Below are positions 28,295 through 39,500 of a DNA stretch of 64,000 bases, piece after piece. Source of the stretch: a virus; IMG/VR virus record IMGVR_UViG_3300045988_175974. The stretch is one strand, 5' to 3'. Each line of letters opens with the position of its first letter. The stretch's first letter is position 1. The translations under genes and the position numbers were made by a program. The notes beneath the pieces were generated by a model. That model had not been told where the DNA came from. It worked only from the letters and a program-made list of their open reading frames with translations, and searched no databases.

Positions 28295-29269
28295 CTATTT
28301 TAGAGCGATGCCTTTCTGCTGGGCATAGTAGAGCATGATGGCATCGGTGATGTAGAGAAAGTATTTCTGCATGCTGTTGCCTTCCTTCGGGCGTGGTACC
28401 AGCTTGTCGAGCTTGGCAGTCTGCTCCTCGCTGAGATTAGGGATGAGCTTCATACCGTCGATATAGCAGCCACCTGATTCCGTCTTGGCGATGAAGCTCT
28501 CATTGAACTTCTTGTCTTCTCCGAAGAAGAGGTTGATGGCTTCTATCATCTGATCCTGGGTGAAGCCAGGGAGTTGAGGGTGCAGCTTACGATGCTTGGC
28601 CGAATAGGTCTTCATACGCTTATCCACATAGGCATTGATGCTATCGGCATACTCGCAGTAGAGGTCATTATCCTTACTGTCGATGTCCTTGGTTCTTGCG
28701 AAATTGAAGAACCCCTGCATCTGCTTCAATACCTGCAGAACTCCGTCAAACTGGTTGAACTCGACACTGCCATTAAAGATGATTTTCATATATGACTTCA
28801 CATCTACCACGATACTCTCCAGGGTATCTGTGAGGAAAGTAACCTTATCGAGATTAAGGGCTAGTTGGTCAACTGTCTCCTGCATGCCAGGCTTGCTGTA
28901 ATCTACGTAATAGCGGAGCAACTGACCGAAGTTGAGGAAATCGTAGCTTTCATCACTTCGCACATTTACCTGCACGAGCAGGGAGTACATATTCATTGCC
29001 AGCTTCTTATCCTTCTCCTGGATGGCACGGATGAGCGAAGCCATCTGAGGTGAGTTCTGCGGAACGCGGCTGGCTGCACGGACCAGTTCGTTGCGGTTGC
29101 GCACGGCTTCTGCGAAATCAGGATTGGAGAAAAGACGGTCCAGGGCAGAGGCATATTTCTCTGACGGAACATCCTTGAAGTTGAAAGTATAGATGGTCGG
29201 CAGATTTCTGATCTGCTGCTCACGCTGGGCCAATGCCTGCTGCTGTTGTTTTTTGTTTTTTGTTCCCAT
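28295..29269 (-). CDS. Hypothetical protein (324 aa)
   Basis: Track ORF on the coding strand. Confidence 0.55.
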   Translation of the reverse strand: MGTKNKKQQQQALAQREQQIRNLPTIYTFNFKDVPSEKYASALDRLFSNPDFAEAVRNRNELVRAASRVPQNSPQMASLIRAIQEKDKKLAMNMYSLLVQVNVRSDESYDFLNFGQLLRYYVDYSKPGMQETVDQLALNLDKVTFLTDTLESIVVDVKSYMKIIFNGSVEFNQFDGVLQVLKQMQGFFNFARTKDIDSKDNDLYCEYADSINAYVDKRMKTYSAKHRKLHPQLPGFTQDQMIEAINLFFGEDKKFNESFIAKTESGGCYIDGMKLIPNLSEEQTAKLDKLVPRPKEGNSMQKYFLYITDAIMLYYAQQKGIALK

Positions 29270-29492
29270 TGCGTTTTATTGCTTTTTTACTCTATTAATC
29301 ATAATCTCCCTTAACGGAGATTATTTACTGCTATAATTCTGAAAGCCTTTCAGCCATGATACGGGTGCGGGATTGATGCACGGGAAAGACGTGTTCACGT
29401 TATAGAGCATAGCGTGAAACTCGTCTATCTCTTCGGCTGTAAAAGGGCAATCTTTATGAATGCGACGTGGCATAGACTGATTGCTTACTTTT

Positions 29493-30380
29493 TTATTTGT
29501 TATTAAATGCCTCCATTCTTTCATCAATGATGCGGTTGATCTCGAAGGCTACCTCTTTGGCATTAGGATGCGCCTTGCCGGTGGTTTCTCTGAAGCGGAG
29601 GTCGAGGATATGCTGCCACTCGGTGATGGTGTAGGTGTAAGCTACTACCGTATAGGTATCAAGAGGAAGAATGCCTCTTGCATCCTGTGGCTTCATGCCC
29701 GATTTCAGCAATCGACGATAGAGCCAGTCGGCAATCTTGCAGCCGGTGAGATAGAGGAACTTCTGCCAGCGGGTGCCCTCGTGCAACCAGTGCGGACGGG
29801 CAATCTGCACGCCACCTTTCTTCTCAAGGTTCACATAGCGAGTGCTCTGCTCACTGATGCTGTTAGGCGATGTGCGGTTCAACTCACGGCTGGTGCTGAT
29901 CTGCGTAGTCACCACCAGCGTCATTCGGAGGAGATTGAGTGCTTCCTTGAAATCATATTTCAGCGCCTTCTCAATAAACTCGGCTTCCTTCACATTGAAT
30001 GGGGATAGCATTTCGAATATATTGCCGTGCTCGCAAAGGAACTGCATGTTACTGCTGATCCATACCTTCTTTTCCTGCACTGCATAACTGATGTAAGGCG
30101 ATGCAACGAGGAAAGACCAGAGGTGTTTTGGCAGCCTACTATCGTTCTTCACGAAGAAGTAAAGGGTGCCATGTCGGTACATGGAGCGGTGACCGCTCTC
30201 CCAGAATCGGTTGGCCAACTGCACTGCCTGTTTCTCCAGAAAATCTTCTTTCTTGTCTTCAGGAAGATTCTCGTCAGGCTGCTTACCTTTGCTCTTGTAG
30301 CAAACTCTGCCTACTCGAGCAATCTGTTGAGCGGCGGTCTTCTGAGGCCACCACTCAACACCAGGAATTATCATTTTCAT
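29493..30380 (-). CDS. thyX: ThyX-family (flavin-dependent thymidylate synthase-like) protein with a non-canonical signature
   Basis: ARVGRVCYKS, SGHRSMYRHGTLYFFV, ISTSRELNRTSPNSISEQSTRY (aligns to the ThyX R..RHR.......S.RY motif) and ARGILPLDTYT...WQHILDLR. RHR is replaced by RTS. Confidence 0.7.
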   Translation of the reverse strand: MKMIIPGVEWWPQKTAAQQIARVGRVCYKSKGKQPDENLPEDKKEDFLEKQAVQLANRFWESGHRSMYRHGTLYFFVKNDSRLPKHLWSFLVASPYISYAVQEKKVWISSNMQFLCEHGNIFEMLSPFNVKEAEFIEKALKYDFKEALNLLRMTLVVTTQISTSRELNRTSPNSISEQSTRYVNLEKKGGVQIARPHWLHEGTRWQKFLYLTGCKIADWLYRRLLKSGMKPQDARGILPLDTYTVVAYTYTITEWQHILDLRFRETTGKAHPNAKEVAFEINRIIDERMEAFNNK

Positions 30381-30427
30381 ATTGTTTCTTTATTTGATGT
30401 TTAAAAAACAAAAACAGATAGTTTCTT

Positions 30428-31039
30428 TTAATAGAAGGCGCTAAGAACGCGGATCATGTTTTCTGCTGCCACCCCTCCTTTTTTAAGTTTCTCTTCCGCC
30501 TCTGCTGCCAACTTCTTCGATGGTTCGCCGTTGGAAGGTTGGATGCACCTTACTACATTCAGCGTAGTAGTCAGCAAGCGATAGAGTGATGAATTATTGC
30601 TGATAACGTAATCGAAGGAGTTAATATCCAGCGATACACGATATTCGTCACGGTTGGTTCTTTCAGGAGCGATGCCGCGAGCCTTCAGCGTTTCAGGCTT
30701 GGCTGCCACATAAATACTCATCAGTTCAATATCCGGAAAATGCTCACAGATGCCCAGGAATCCTTTTTCATCAATCACGTAGATGGCGGTATCTTCCACC
30801 TGGGCGAGTTCCGTCCAATATTCGTAGCCACCATATTCGGTGTAGGCAAGCATATCCTCCTTTGGAGTCTTACACTCCTTCACGAAAAAATGCTCCCTAC
30901 CATTTACCTCATCATCTCTCATGGGACGGGTGGTGAAGGAACAAAGCAACGGGATATTCAGGGCGATGGAAAGGATATTTGCCACCGTATCTTTTCCTGC
31001 TCCAGATGGACCCATAATTGCAATAATCTTTTGTTTCAT
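30428..31039 (-). CDS. Guanylate-kinase-family nucleoside/nucleotide monophosphate kinase
   Basis: P-loop IMGPSGAGKDT, SFTTRPMRDDEVNGREHFFV and AYTEYGGYEYWT match GMP-kinase family blocks. Confidence 0.75.
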   Translation of the reverse strand: MKQKIIAIMGPSGAGKDTVANILSIALNIPLLCSFTTRPMRDDEVNGREHFFVKECKTPKEDMLAYTEYGGYEYWTELAQVEDTAIYVIDEKGFLGICEHFPDIELMSIYVAAKPETLKARGIAPERTNRDEYRVSLDINSFDYVISNNSSLYRLLTTTLNVVRCIQPSNGEPSKKLAAEAEEKLKKGGVAAENMIRVLSAFY

Positions 31040-31106
31040 ATCTTTTATTTTGTAATATTATTTATATAATATATAAGGAATAGGTAAAGGACACTGGGGG
31101 GACTCG

Positions 31107-31161
31107 GGAGAATCTTTGGAGAATTTGCGAGGAATCTCCGAAGAACCTCCGAAGAATTTCC
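31107..31161. repeat. Five tandem 11-bp units
   Basis: GGAGAATCTTT GGAGAATTTGC GAGGAATCTCC GAAGAACCTCC GAAGAATTTCC, with an exact 11-bp period. Confidence 0.85.
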
Positions 31162-31260
31162 AAAGTGTCTAACTATTGATTATCAGCCACTTACGAAACT
31201 CCATTTTTCTAAAACTTTCACTACTCAAACGAAGCTTTTGTGTTCCTTTGTAATTTTATT

Positions 31261-31509
31261 TCATCCTCTCAAAACCTTGTTTCCCGTAGGGTAAAACGTG
31301 AGGTTTATCAGGCGTTCCAGCGAAGGGTACTGCCGATTTACTCTATCTCTGAAATCGCTCATATTGCCCATATCTACCGTATATTTTCCCAATGCCATAT
31401 CGAAGTTCATCGGGAACGTCATAGTAATCTGACGGAGGAATTTACCCCCCCCCCAATCATTACATCGAATATTACTTTCATCCATCGCTGACCTTTCTGG
31501 TCGAGCCAT
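31261..31509 (-). CDS. Small ORF (82 aa) containing a G10 homopolymer
   Basis: Track ORF. WGGGK is encoded by the tract at 31445-31454. Coding status is uncertain. Confidence 0.35.
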   Translation of the reverse strand: MARPERSAMDESNIRCNDWGGGKFLRQITMTFPMNFDMALGKYTVDMGNMSDFRDRVNRQYPSLERLINLTFYPTGNKVLRG

Positions 31510-31577
31510 GACCCCTTCGGGATTTTTACATTTCTCTTTGCCATAATTTTTAATCTTTATTGTATTAAAAAGCTTTT

Positions 31578-32705
31578 CTATGTATTCTGATATATCTCTT
31601 TCCAGTCTTCCTTGGTGAGGATGATACCCGAACGCTTGCAGTAGTCGAAGAAAGTTGCCTCAGAAATTTTATTGTAATTGGCAAACTGATTCCATCGCTT
31701 GCGAAAATCCATCTCATTGTGGCCGCAGGTGGAATCAGCAGGACGGAAGCGGGAAACTCTGCGCCATAGGTCGTAGCCCGCTACTCTATCCACGTGATAG
31801 AGCGACATGCCGCATTTAACCCAACCCAGATAACCGCTATTAGCATCCTTTCCGGCACAAATATCTATGCCTTGAGCCTCAATTTTCTCCACCAATCGCA
31901 GAGCTTTGCGGTAGATGATTTCCGGCGTATCTCGTCTATAGGCACCCTGTCCGTTATGCGGATAGTTGCCGCTGAAGCCAGCACCGGTCGGATGACTGCC
32001 ACTGAAATAGGTGTTGGTATAGTTCATCACGGGCATCGGTGTAGGTACGTTAACGGGCAGCCTAGTGTAAAGTACCGCACGTTCATTAATATATATATGC
32101 TGTGGATCATCCCATGAAGCGAAGCGCACACGGCCGATATTTCCACAAGAACCATCGAGCATAATGCCCAGGGAAGAATACTCCTGAAGTAATGCCTTGA
32201 ACTGCTCTTTGTGACGTTCGGGGTAAGCCAGACGGACCAAACCAAACAGTCCTGTTCCGGAGCAGGAACGCATCAGCAGGGCTACCTCAGGGCGAAATGC
32301 CAATACTCTGCGGATATTCTCGAAATCGGCAATACCCTCGTTGTCCTGAAGGTCAATATCTATCGCCAGCCATCCGGTATGCTTCTGCAGATGACTTTCT
32401 CTTCGGGAAACCATCACCCGTTGACCTGGATGGGTAAGGCTATCGTCCTCGTAGGTAGCGAAGAGACCACTCAGCGTGGCACCAGGAAGCATCTTCTTGG
32501 TATCTACGTATTCCGGCATCTTCTTAGCTGCACTGCCATACTGTTGCCGCATGGCTCTCAGCTTCTCTACATACGGCTTCCACCTATCCGTAAGACAGAA
32601 CTCACGGATAGACATCTGCGTGATGCACTCGCCCGTCTCCATATCGACGTATCTTCCGAGTGCATCTTTCGCATCCCGATAGATGGAACATATCTCATCA
32701 AACAT
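31578..32705 (-). CDS. Primase/replication-initiator-like protein (BT4734/VirE N-terminal-type domain)
   Basis: HTGWLAIDIDL...LMRSCSGTGLFGLVRL...DGSCGNIGRVRFASWDDPQHIYIN resembles the BT4734-like primase N-domain pattern (D.D ... SpSG.G ... D.sc.d.sR.cF.SyD). It lies adjacent to the origin-like region. Confidence 0.5.
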   Translation of the reverse strand: MFDEICSIYRDAKDALGRYVDMETGECITQMSIREFCLTDRWKPYVEKLRAMRQQYGSAAKKMPEYVDTKKMLPGATLSGLFATYEDDSLTHPGQRVMVSRRESHLQKHTGWLAIDIDLQDNEGIADFENIRRVLAFRPEVALLMRSCSGTGLFGLVRLAYPERHKEQFKALLQEYSSLGIMLDGSCGNIGRVRFASWDDPQHIYINERAVLYTRLPVNVPTPMPVMNYTNTYFSGSHPTGAGFSGNYPHNGQGAYRRDTPEIIYRKALRLVEKIEAQGIDICAGKDANSGYLGWVKCGMSLYHVDRVAGYDLWRRVSRFRPADSTCGHNEMDFRKRWNQFANYNKISEATFFDYCKRSGIILTKEDWKEIYQNT

Positions 32706-32834
32706 ACCTTACATATATTATATTATATAAAATCTGCTGCAAAGATACAAAAATAAATCGAAAATAGTATAGGTAAGCTATATAATATTTGAAATAAGTT
32801 ATATTTTTAACATTTAATATAGGTTTGAGAGGAA

Positions 32835-32868
32835 GAACCAGCGATGGAATTGCTGGGGACGGGGGCAC
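32835..32868 (-). repeat. Hairpin element copy 5
   Basis: gaaCCAGCGATggaATTGCTGGggacgggggcac (one C>T change in the 3' arm), ~130 nt upstream of the primase-like gene. Confidence 0.9.
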
Positions 32869-32870
32869 AG

Positions 32871-33440
32871 AGGGTGTTTTTCAAAAATGGACCAGTTTTT
32901 GACCATTTCCTTCAAAAAGTTCAAAAACGCATCAAAAAGTCCAAAAATCTAAGGGTAAACAGAAAAATGGGTTGGACCATGTTTTGTTAACAAATATAAA
33001 TTGACCATGCACAGACCTGTTATAGTCCGTTAAAAGGTGATTTTCTATTTTTGCCTAACTTCTGCTGAATCAGTCGATTTGCTACATTTAGATCAAAAAT
33101 TTATTGATTTTCTTCTACTCTATACGTAAGAAATGGTGAAAAAAAAATATTAGAAAAGAGATTTATACGCATTTTTCGCTATTTTTGGGGGATTTCGCTG
33201 CACAGTTGCCTTTCCCTATCCCAATCTAAGTACTTATCAGTCCGATGTTTACGGCAAAGCCGTTGATGCTACCAACTTCTCATTCGGGTTAAAGGGTTTT
33301 TACTTTTTAGGGGAATAAAAAATACACGAAAAATTTGTAGGGTAGTAGTGAAAACGGAGTAGTTTTTGAACTTTTTGCCCTAATTCACCCCTAAAAGTTC
33401 AAAAAATCAGGGAATTAGAGAGAAAAACACCTCAGACCGA
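32871..33440. other. Origin-like non-coding region (phased A-tract iterons plus an inverted repeat)
   Basis: No ORF across 32706-33543. Five [TA][TC]CAAAAA units start at 32880, 32911, 32920, 32931 and 32940. TGGACCA/TTGACCAT occurs four times. A 14-bp inverted repeat pairs GTTTTTGAACTTTT (33362-33375) with AAAAGTTCAAAAAA (33393-33406). Confidence 0.4.
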
Positions 33441-33449
33441 AAAATACGC

Positions 33450-33483
33450 AAAAAGGCTGCCTCGCTTCACAGCGAAACAGCCT
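33450..33483 (-). terminator. Intrinsic terminator after the tape measure gene
   Basis: Minus strand GGCTGTTTCGCTGTGAAGCGAGGCAGCC followed by TTTTTG. Confidence 0.75.
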
Positions 33484-33543
33484 CAATAAACAAATAGCTA
33501 ATTAAACTAAAAACTAATAACTAATAATCAACAAAACCTTCTT

Positions 33544-36500
33544 CTATTTATTCTTCATAAACTGATTAGCCTTATTCAGGCTATCATACAGCTCGCCACG
33601 ACCAAACATATTAATCTTGGCGCTGATAGGCTCATTCAGGCGCTGAATGAGCGCATTCACGGCTTGCAGGAGCGCCGCATTGCTTGCAGCGCTTGCAGCA
33701 AGCAATCCGTCTGCCGCTGACGCGCCAGGCAAAAGATTACCATTGCCTGCTTGCGTGCCTGCTGCAAGAACATCACCCACATTGCCATTGTCAAATGCCC
33801 TTCTTGCTGAGTTTCTTCCTGAATAGTTGCGGTCGTAGTTCACCAGTGCTTTCAGCAAGCCTGGATTGTTCATCATCATCGCATGGGTAGTTTCCCTACC
33901 AATGACGATTTCCGGTCCTCTCTCGGCTATGAGAGACGGCTGCCCGTTCACGGTAGTGGCGGTTGGAGACGTGAGCATCTTCACGCCCTGCATCTGCTTG
34001 CCGTCATCCTCCTTCGCCCAATACACTTCGCCATTATCAGCCATGAACGGTTTTTTACCCATTTCCTTATCATTATCATCAGCCATCCAGTACAATTCGC
34101 CATTGTCATCTACAAATGGCTTCAAGTCTTGAACGTTTCCGGAATCGTAGGTAAGCATACCAGTTACAAGCTTGGTATTGGTATTACTCTTCTTCTTGCC
34201 GCCGCTGAATGCAGAATTGAGTGCCCACTGGAGTAAGCCCATCAAAGTAGCCATTACACCCGCGGCTGCGATAGGACCAGCGATAGGACCTAGGAAATCA
34301 AAACACTTGCCGATGGCACCAGCGATAGAGAAGGTCATTCCTGCTCGCGTGCGGTCAGCATCCGACTCGATAACAGCTTCGTTATTGGCTTGCGTTTTCG
34401 CAAGGTTGGTAGTGAGCGCCGTTTCCGTCATAGCCACACCTGTATTCAAAGCTATCTTTGTACCCTCGGTCTGCTCCTTGTTTCCGGCATCAGTTACGTC
34501 TGTGATGTTCTTGACACCCTGCGTGGTAACCTTCTCACGATCCTTATTGCCCTTCTTTACCTCCTTACTCAGCTCCTTCTGGTGTTTCTTCTCCTTCTTC
34601 AACTGCTCGGCTTTTTCTTTGTCTTCCTTAGATTTGCCGCCGCCAGTCTTGAACTCGGTATTCATCACGCCACCAATGAAAGAACCGCCGATATCGGCTG
34701 CGACATCGGACCAGGAACCGCCACCTGCGATAGCATCGGCTGCTGCCGCACCAGTTTGCGTTGCGGCATCCTGGTAGAACGCATTGGCATTGTCTCGATT
34801 GCGATGTGCCCACGCATGAGGAGCACCGTTTTGCTGCTCTTGTGTACCCTGCTGCTTGGAATCGGTAGGCGCATAAGGCACGACGGGAGCGTTATCAAGC
34901 GCAGCAGGAGATTTACCAGGCATGATAGGCGAGCCGTCAGGATTCCAACCGATAGGCTGCTGCCGTGAACTCATATTCTCGAAACTAGACTGCGGCTGCT
35001 GAGTAAGATAAGATGCGCCCTCATCCACCAGTCGCACATACATCGGGTTAGCCTTCGTGCCGAGATGAGAGAAGTCTTCCTTCACGGCATTGGCATTAGC
35101 ATTGGCTCTTGCTGCATCAATACCAGGCTGGGCTTTCTTCTTGGCTCGCTTGGCACCAGCATCGTTGATAGCCTTCCACATCTGCGTATTCACATCATTG
35201 AGCGCCATATTACCCCACGATTCGAGCATAGACTTCAGAGCGTTCTTGATGCTCTCTTGTGCGCTGCTTACATCGTTGCGCATTTCAGCAAATGCCTTGC
35301 CTACCTCTGCACCGAAGGTTTCGATAGGCTGCACAAGCTGCTGCATCTGAGAGAGGCGGTTCTTCATCGCCGTTGCCATTTGGTTGACATAGGCAAGTTC
35401 TGCCTCCTGCCGAGCCTTGTCAGCTTCATCGAGGAGCTGCTTGTTTTTTGAGTTCTTGAATACAAAGGCATAGTAATCTTCTGCCATCTGCATCTTCATC
35501 TTCATCAGCTCCACCTCTGGGTCGGCGGTAAGATCACCAAGGCCGAGGTTCGACCACATATTGGTTCGCTTGCCGAAGAGCGCACTTTCCTGCTGCATCT
35601 TGCGAAGAGTTTCCTGGTTGGCGAGGTTGCGCTGGTTACGTTTCCACCAGAAATCAGAAATCTTCTTTGCTTCATCGTAATGTTTCTTTTCGGCTTCTGT
35701 ATATTCGTCTGAATACTGTATCAGTTTCCGATAGAACAGTTTGACATTCTCTTCCGTATCATTCAAAAGCGCAAGAAAGACAGAAGGTGTATTTTCGTAA
35801 TTCTCGCCAAAGAGGAATTTCAACAAGTTATCTTTCTTTCCTTCAGTAGCAAAAAGATCAGCCATCTGCGTTCTTGCCTTTTCAAGAACCTTGATGACAT
35901 CGTTCTTATCCTTCTGAAGTGAATCGAGAGATACATCTGCAAAGCGAGATTTTATCAAACCGAGAAAAGAGTTTTCCTGCACCACTTTGGTGTAATCATG
36001 CTCCAGCAACTCTTTGCGACGCTGCTCCATGCGTTCCTGTATGATATTGGCGTTACTGTTTTCGCCCTTTGACGCATCGAGCCACTGACGATCGAGATAT
36101 GCCCTATCCCGCTCATCGGATTTATAGCCAACAACCTTACCTTTCTTGATTTTAGGCAGTTGCTTTAAAAGGTCAGCACGGAGCTTTGACACATCGTAAG
36201 CATTAATCTGCTCCAGCAAGGTACGAGACTGAGACTGGCCAAACTCATCATCCTTCTCCTTGCGGTCTTTATCCATTGTCTTTTTGAAATCATCCCAGGT
36301 TTTCTTACCGAGGACAATAGATTGCTTTGCCGCAGCGAGAGCCGATTTCAGCTTTATATCCAAGTCATTAACAACCTGCTTCTGTATCTCCTTTTCTACA
36401 TTATCCTTTGTCATTTCCTCTACCATTGCCGTCTTCTGGCGTTCGTAGAAGTTCTTGATTTTGGTTATGAACTCGGATATATTATTGCGGGCATCGTCTT

Positions 36501-39500
36501 CAGGAGTTGTAGCAGAGCCTTTACCGCCCTTCCCAGTTTCATCAATATGTTGTGGGGTTCCCGTCTCTTTACCAGTTGCCACATCCAATTCCGCGCCGAA
36601 TCTATCTCTTAACGCGTTTTCCTGCGCAATAACATCGTCCAATCGGCGTTGAGCCTTATCACGAGCACTCTTTGCCGCAGCCCTCTGACCTGCTTGGCCG
36701 ATAGCGCCCTGAACCTGAGAAGGCATCATGGCACCGCCGGAAGTCTGAATATAGGAGCCGTTAGGTGTCTGTACCTTCGAGTTAGCGTAAGCATCTTCTT
36801 TTTTCTGCAAATCAAGAATTGCATCCACCTTCTGCCGACCCAACTCTGCCAGCTTAGAACGGGCACCCTCAAGTTCGTAATACTTCTGCAAGCGGGTAAA
36901 GTTTGCATCCCATGCCTTAGTATTTTCCTTGACTGCACCGGTTTCAGTATTAATCTTTGCGTTGAGTCCAGGAATAGCACTATTCAACTGATTCATCGCA
37001 TCGATTCGCAACTTCATAGAAGCAGAAGTATCTTTCATTACATTATGAAGACGATTCAGTTGCTCCTGCTCTTCCATTGCCCTACGCTTACCTTCCTCCT
37101 GTACTTCGTTCAGTACACGCTGACCGGCTGAAGCCCGATTCAGAGAAGACGTATATTCAGCCAACTTCACAACAAGAATACCTAGCAAGCCGATTATACC
37201 ACCGAAGACACCAGCCTGTTTTACTAATGACAGCTTATTGAAAGTCGAAACCATCTTAGCCCAAACCACACTCAGTGAGGCCGAAGCAGAACTCAGCTTC
37301 TGAGCATAATCAAGTACGTATGCAAACGCACCCGCCAAACCTGCCATACTGAGCATAGATATGAGCGTAGGAAGGATATTCAGCAGCATTTTGACAGAAG
37401 CAAAAATGAGTCCGATGGCTAACTTAACCTCTGTCATAAAACCGAGGCTGCTGGTTAATTCCTGAGTTAACTCAAACCACGCCTTAGCTATATCGTGAAC
37501 GGGACCTGCCGCTGCGCTGGATGAAACAAACTGTTTCTCCCAAAGGTTATTAGCACGCTCCATATAGGCCATAGCGGTTTCCTGCTGCATATTGTACTCT
37601 ACCGTTACAGCCGTACCGTCATTAAAGGCTTTATTTGATTCCTCAACAGCTTTTGTAAGCATACCATTTTTGGCAGCCATCGTAACCATCGTCTTCACGA
37701 GTCGGGCGCCATCAGAACCTAAGTCTTTAAACAATCCGTCAAGAGCAAAGACATTCTTGGTTTCACCCATTTTTCTAAAGATAGTAAGAATAGCATCCAT
37801 ACCTCTTCCGCTCTCGATCATCTTCTTCAAACTTCCGGTAGCGATACCCAGGGATTTTTCTATAGGGCTGGTTCCTTTTCGCAACTCAGTTACCAATTTA
37901 CCAAAAGCGGTTGCTGCCACTTCTGGCTCCAATGCCATACTATCTACCGCAGAACCAAGGGCGAGAATATCAGGCGTGGTAAGGGCAGCCTGTTCACCAA
38001 GGGCGAGCATACGGTTTGAGAAATCCACAATCTTATCGCTGGAAGCGGTGGAAGTAGCAGCCAGACGGAAGATTGCAGAACCAGTCTTCAACATGGCTTT
38101 TTCAACACCATACTTGTCAACCAATCCCATTACCTCAGTAATCTTTGCCAAAGACGTGAGCGCTTCCTCACCCAAATCTTCTTTAAGTGCCACATTTACC
38201 TGGTCGGCAGCACGGACGAAGCCAGCGAGTGCCATAGTTCCTCCCTGCGTCTGAACGCCCAACTTAGCGCCAGCATAAGCGATGCGATTTAGCTCTTCAA
38301 GGCTAGTTCTGGTATCAATTTTTGACAACTCACGAGAAAGATTTGCTATTTCATCCGTAGTAGAAAGCGCAACTTTGCGAATATCTGTCAACTGATCCGC
38401 AAACTTCATGTTCAGACGGAACAAATCAACAAAGTAAGTCTTTACCTGGTTGAATACCGCAAACATACCTACGTATGCCGTAAGGTTCTTTAATGCCGTA
38501 TGCCATGCACCGCCCTGCTTATTGGCTGCACCCGTTGCATCATCAATAACCCTCTTGAGATTCTTCAGTTCCTTCTGTCTGTTTGCAAATGTCTCGCTCT
38601 TGGTGTTGACAAAGTTCAGTTCCTCCTCAAGTTGCTTATAAGCCTGTCTCAGCTCATTGATATTTGCCTTGCCAGTCTTACTGCGGGCAACAATATCATT
38701 GATTTGCGCTTGCGAAAGACGGGTACCTTTCATAGTTTGTTCCAACTGGGCATATTGTCTGCGTAAATCAGATACAGCCTTGCTTCCAGCAGGGAGTTGC
38801 TGAATTTTCTGCTGAATAGCGTCCATTGTGCGCTTAATGTCCTCACCCGAAGCCTTGCCAGGGTTTGATAAAACCTGTCGCATCTGCTGCCAACTGATCG
38901 CTGCCTTCTGAGCCTTGCCCGATACGGCATTCAAACGCTCTTCAATCGTTTGAAGTTCGCGATTATAAGTTTCTATAGCACTTGCGTTACCGATAGGTAC
39001 TCTATCACGAACTTCTGTAATCGTAGCCTTGGCACGGCGCAAATCGGACACAGAAGCATTGCTGTCACTTACTGCTTGGCGAGCTTCCGATATGCCCATC
39101 TTTCCTTTGCGTCTATCCTCCTCTGCCTCCAGTTGCTTTAAGGTACTGAGGTTGTGATGATATGAAGTATCTGTCTTTTCGAGCGAAGCCACAAGCTCTT
39201 TCTGTTGAACAATAGCCTTACTAAGCCATTGGTCAGATTGATTCCTTACGTTCTTCAGTCCTTTTTCAATCTTCACATACTTGCCTTCGAGCAATCGCAC
39301 CTCGTCACCTACTTCCTTCATCAGCGAGCGGATATGTTTTGCTTCTTCCTCCTCTGCTTCAGAAAGGCCTTCCAGCTTGCGCTTGCCTTCACCCAATGCA
39401 CGACGAAGGTTACGGAGCGAAGTATTACCGAGGTTATTAACCACAGCTTCCAGTCGCTCCGTAGTCTTGATGGTCTGAACCTGGGCAGACTGCAGGGCTT

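Noticed and set aside
32706-33543. tRNA or tmRNA genes in the long spacers (32.7-33.5 kb, 45.6-45.9 kb and 61.2-61.4 kb).
   Set aside because: I could not find a T-loop (GTTCRANYC) or a cloverleaf-compatible arm arrangement by eye. A tRNAscan-SE or Infernal run would be decisive.
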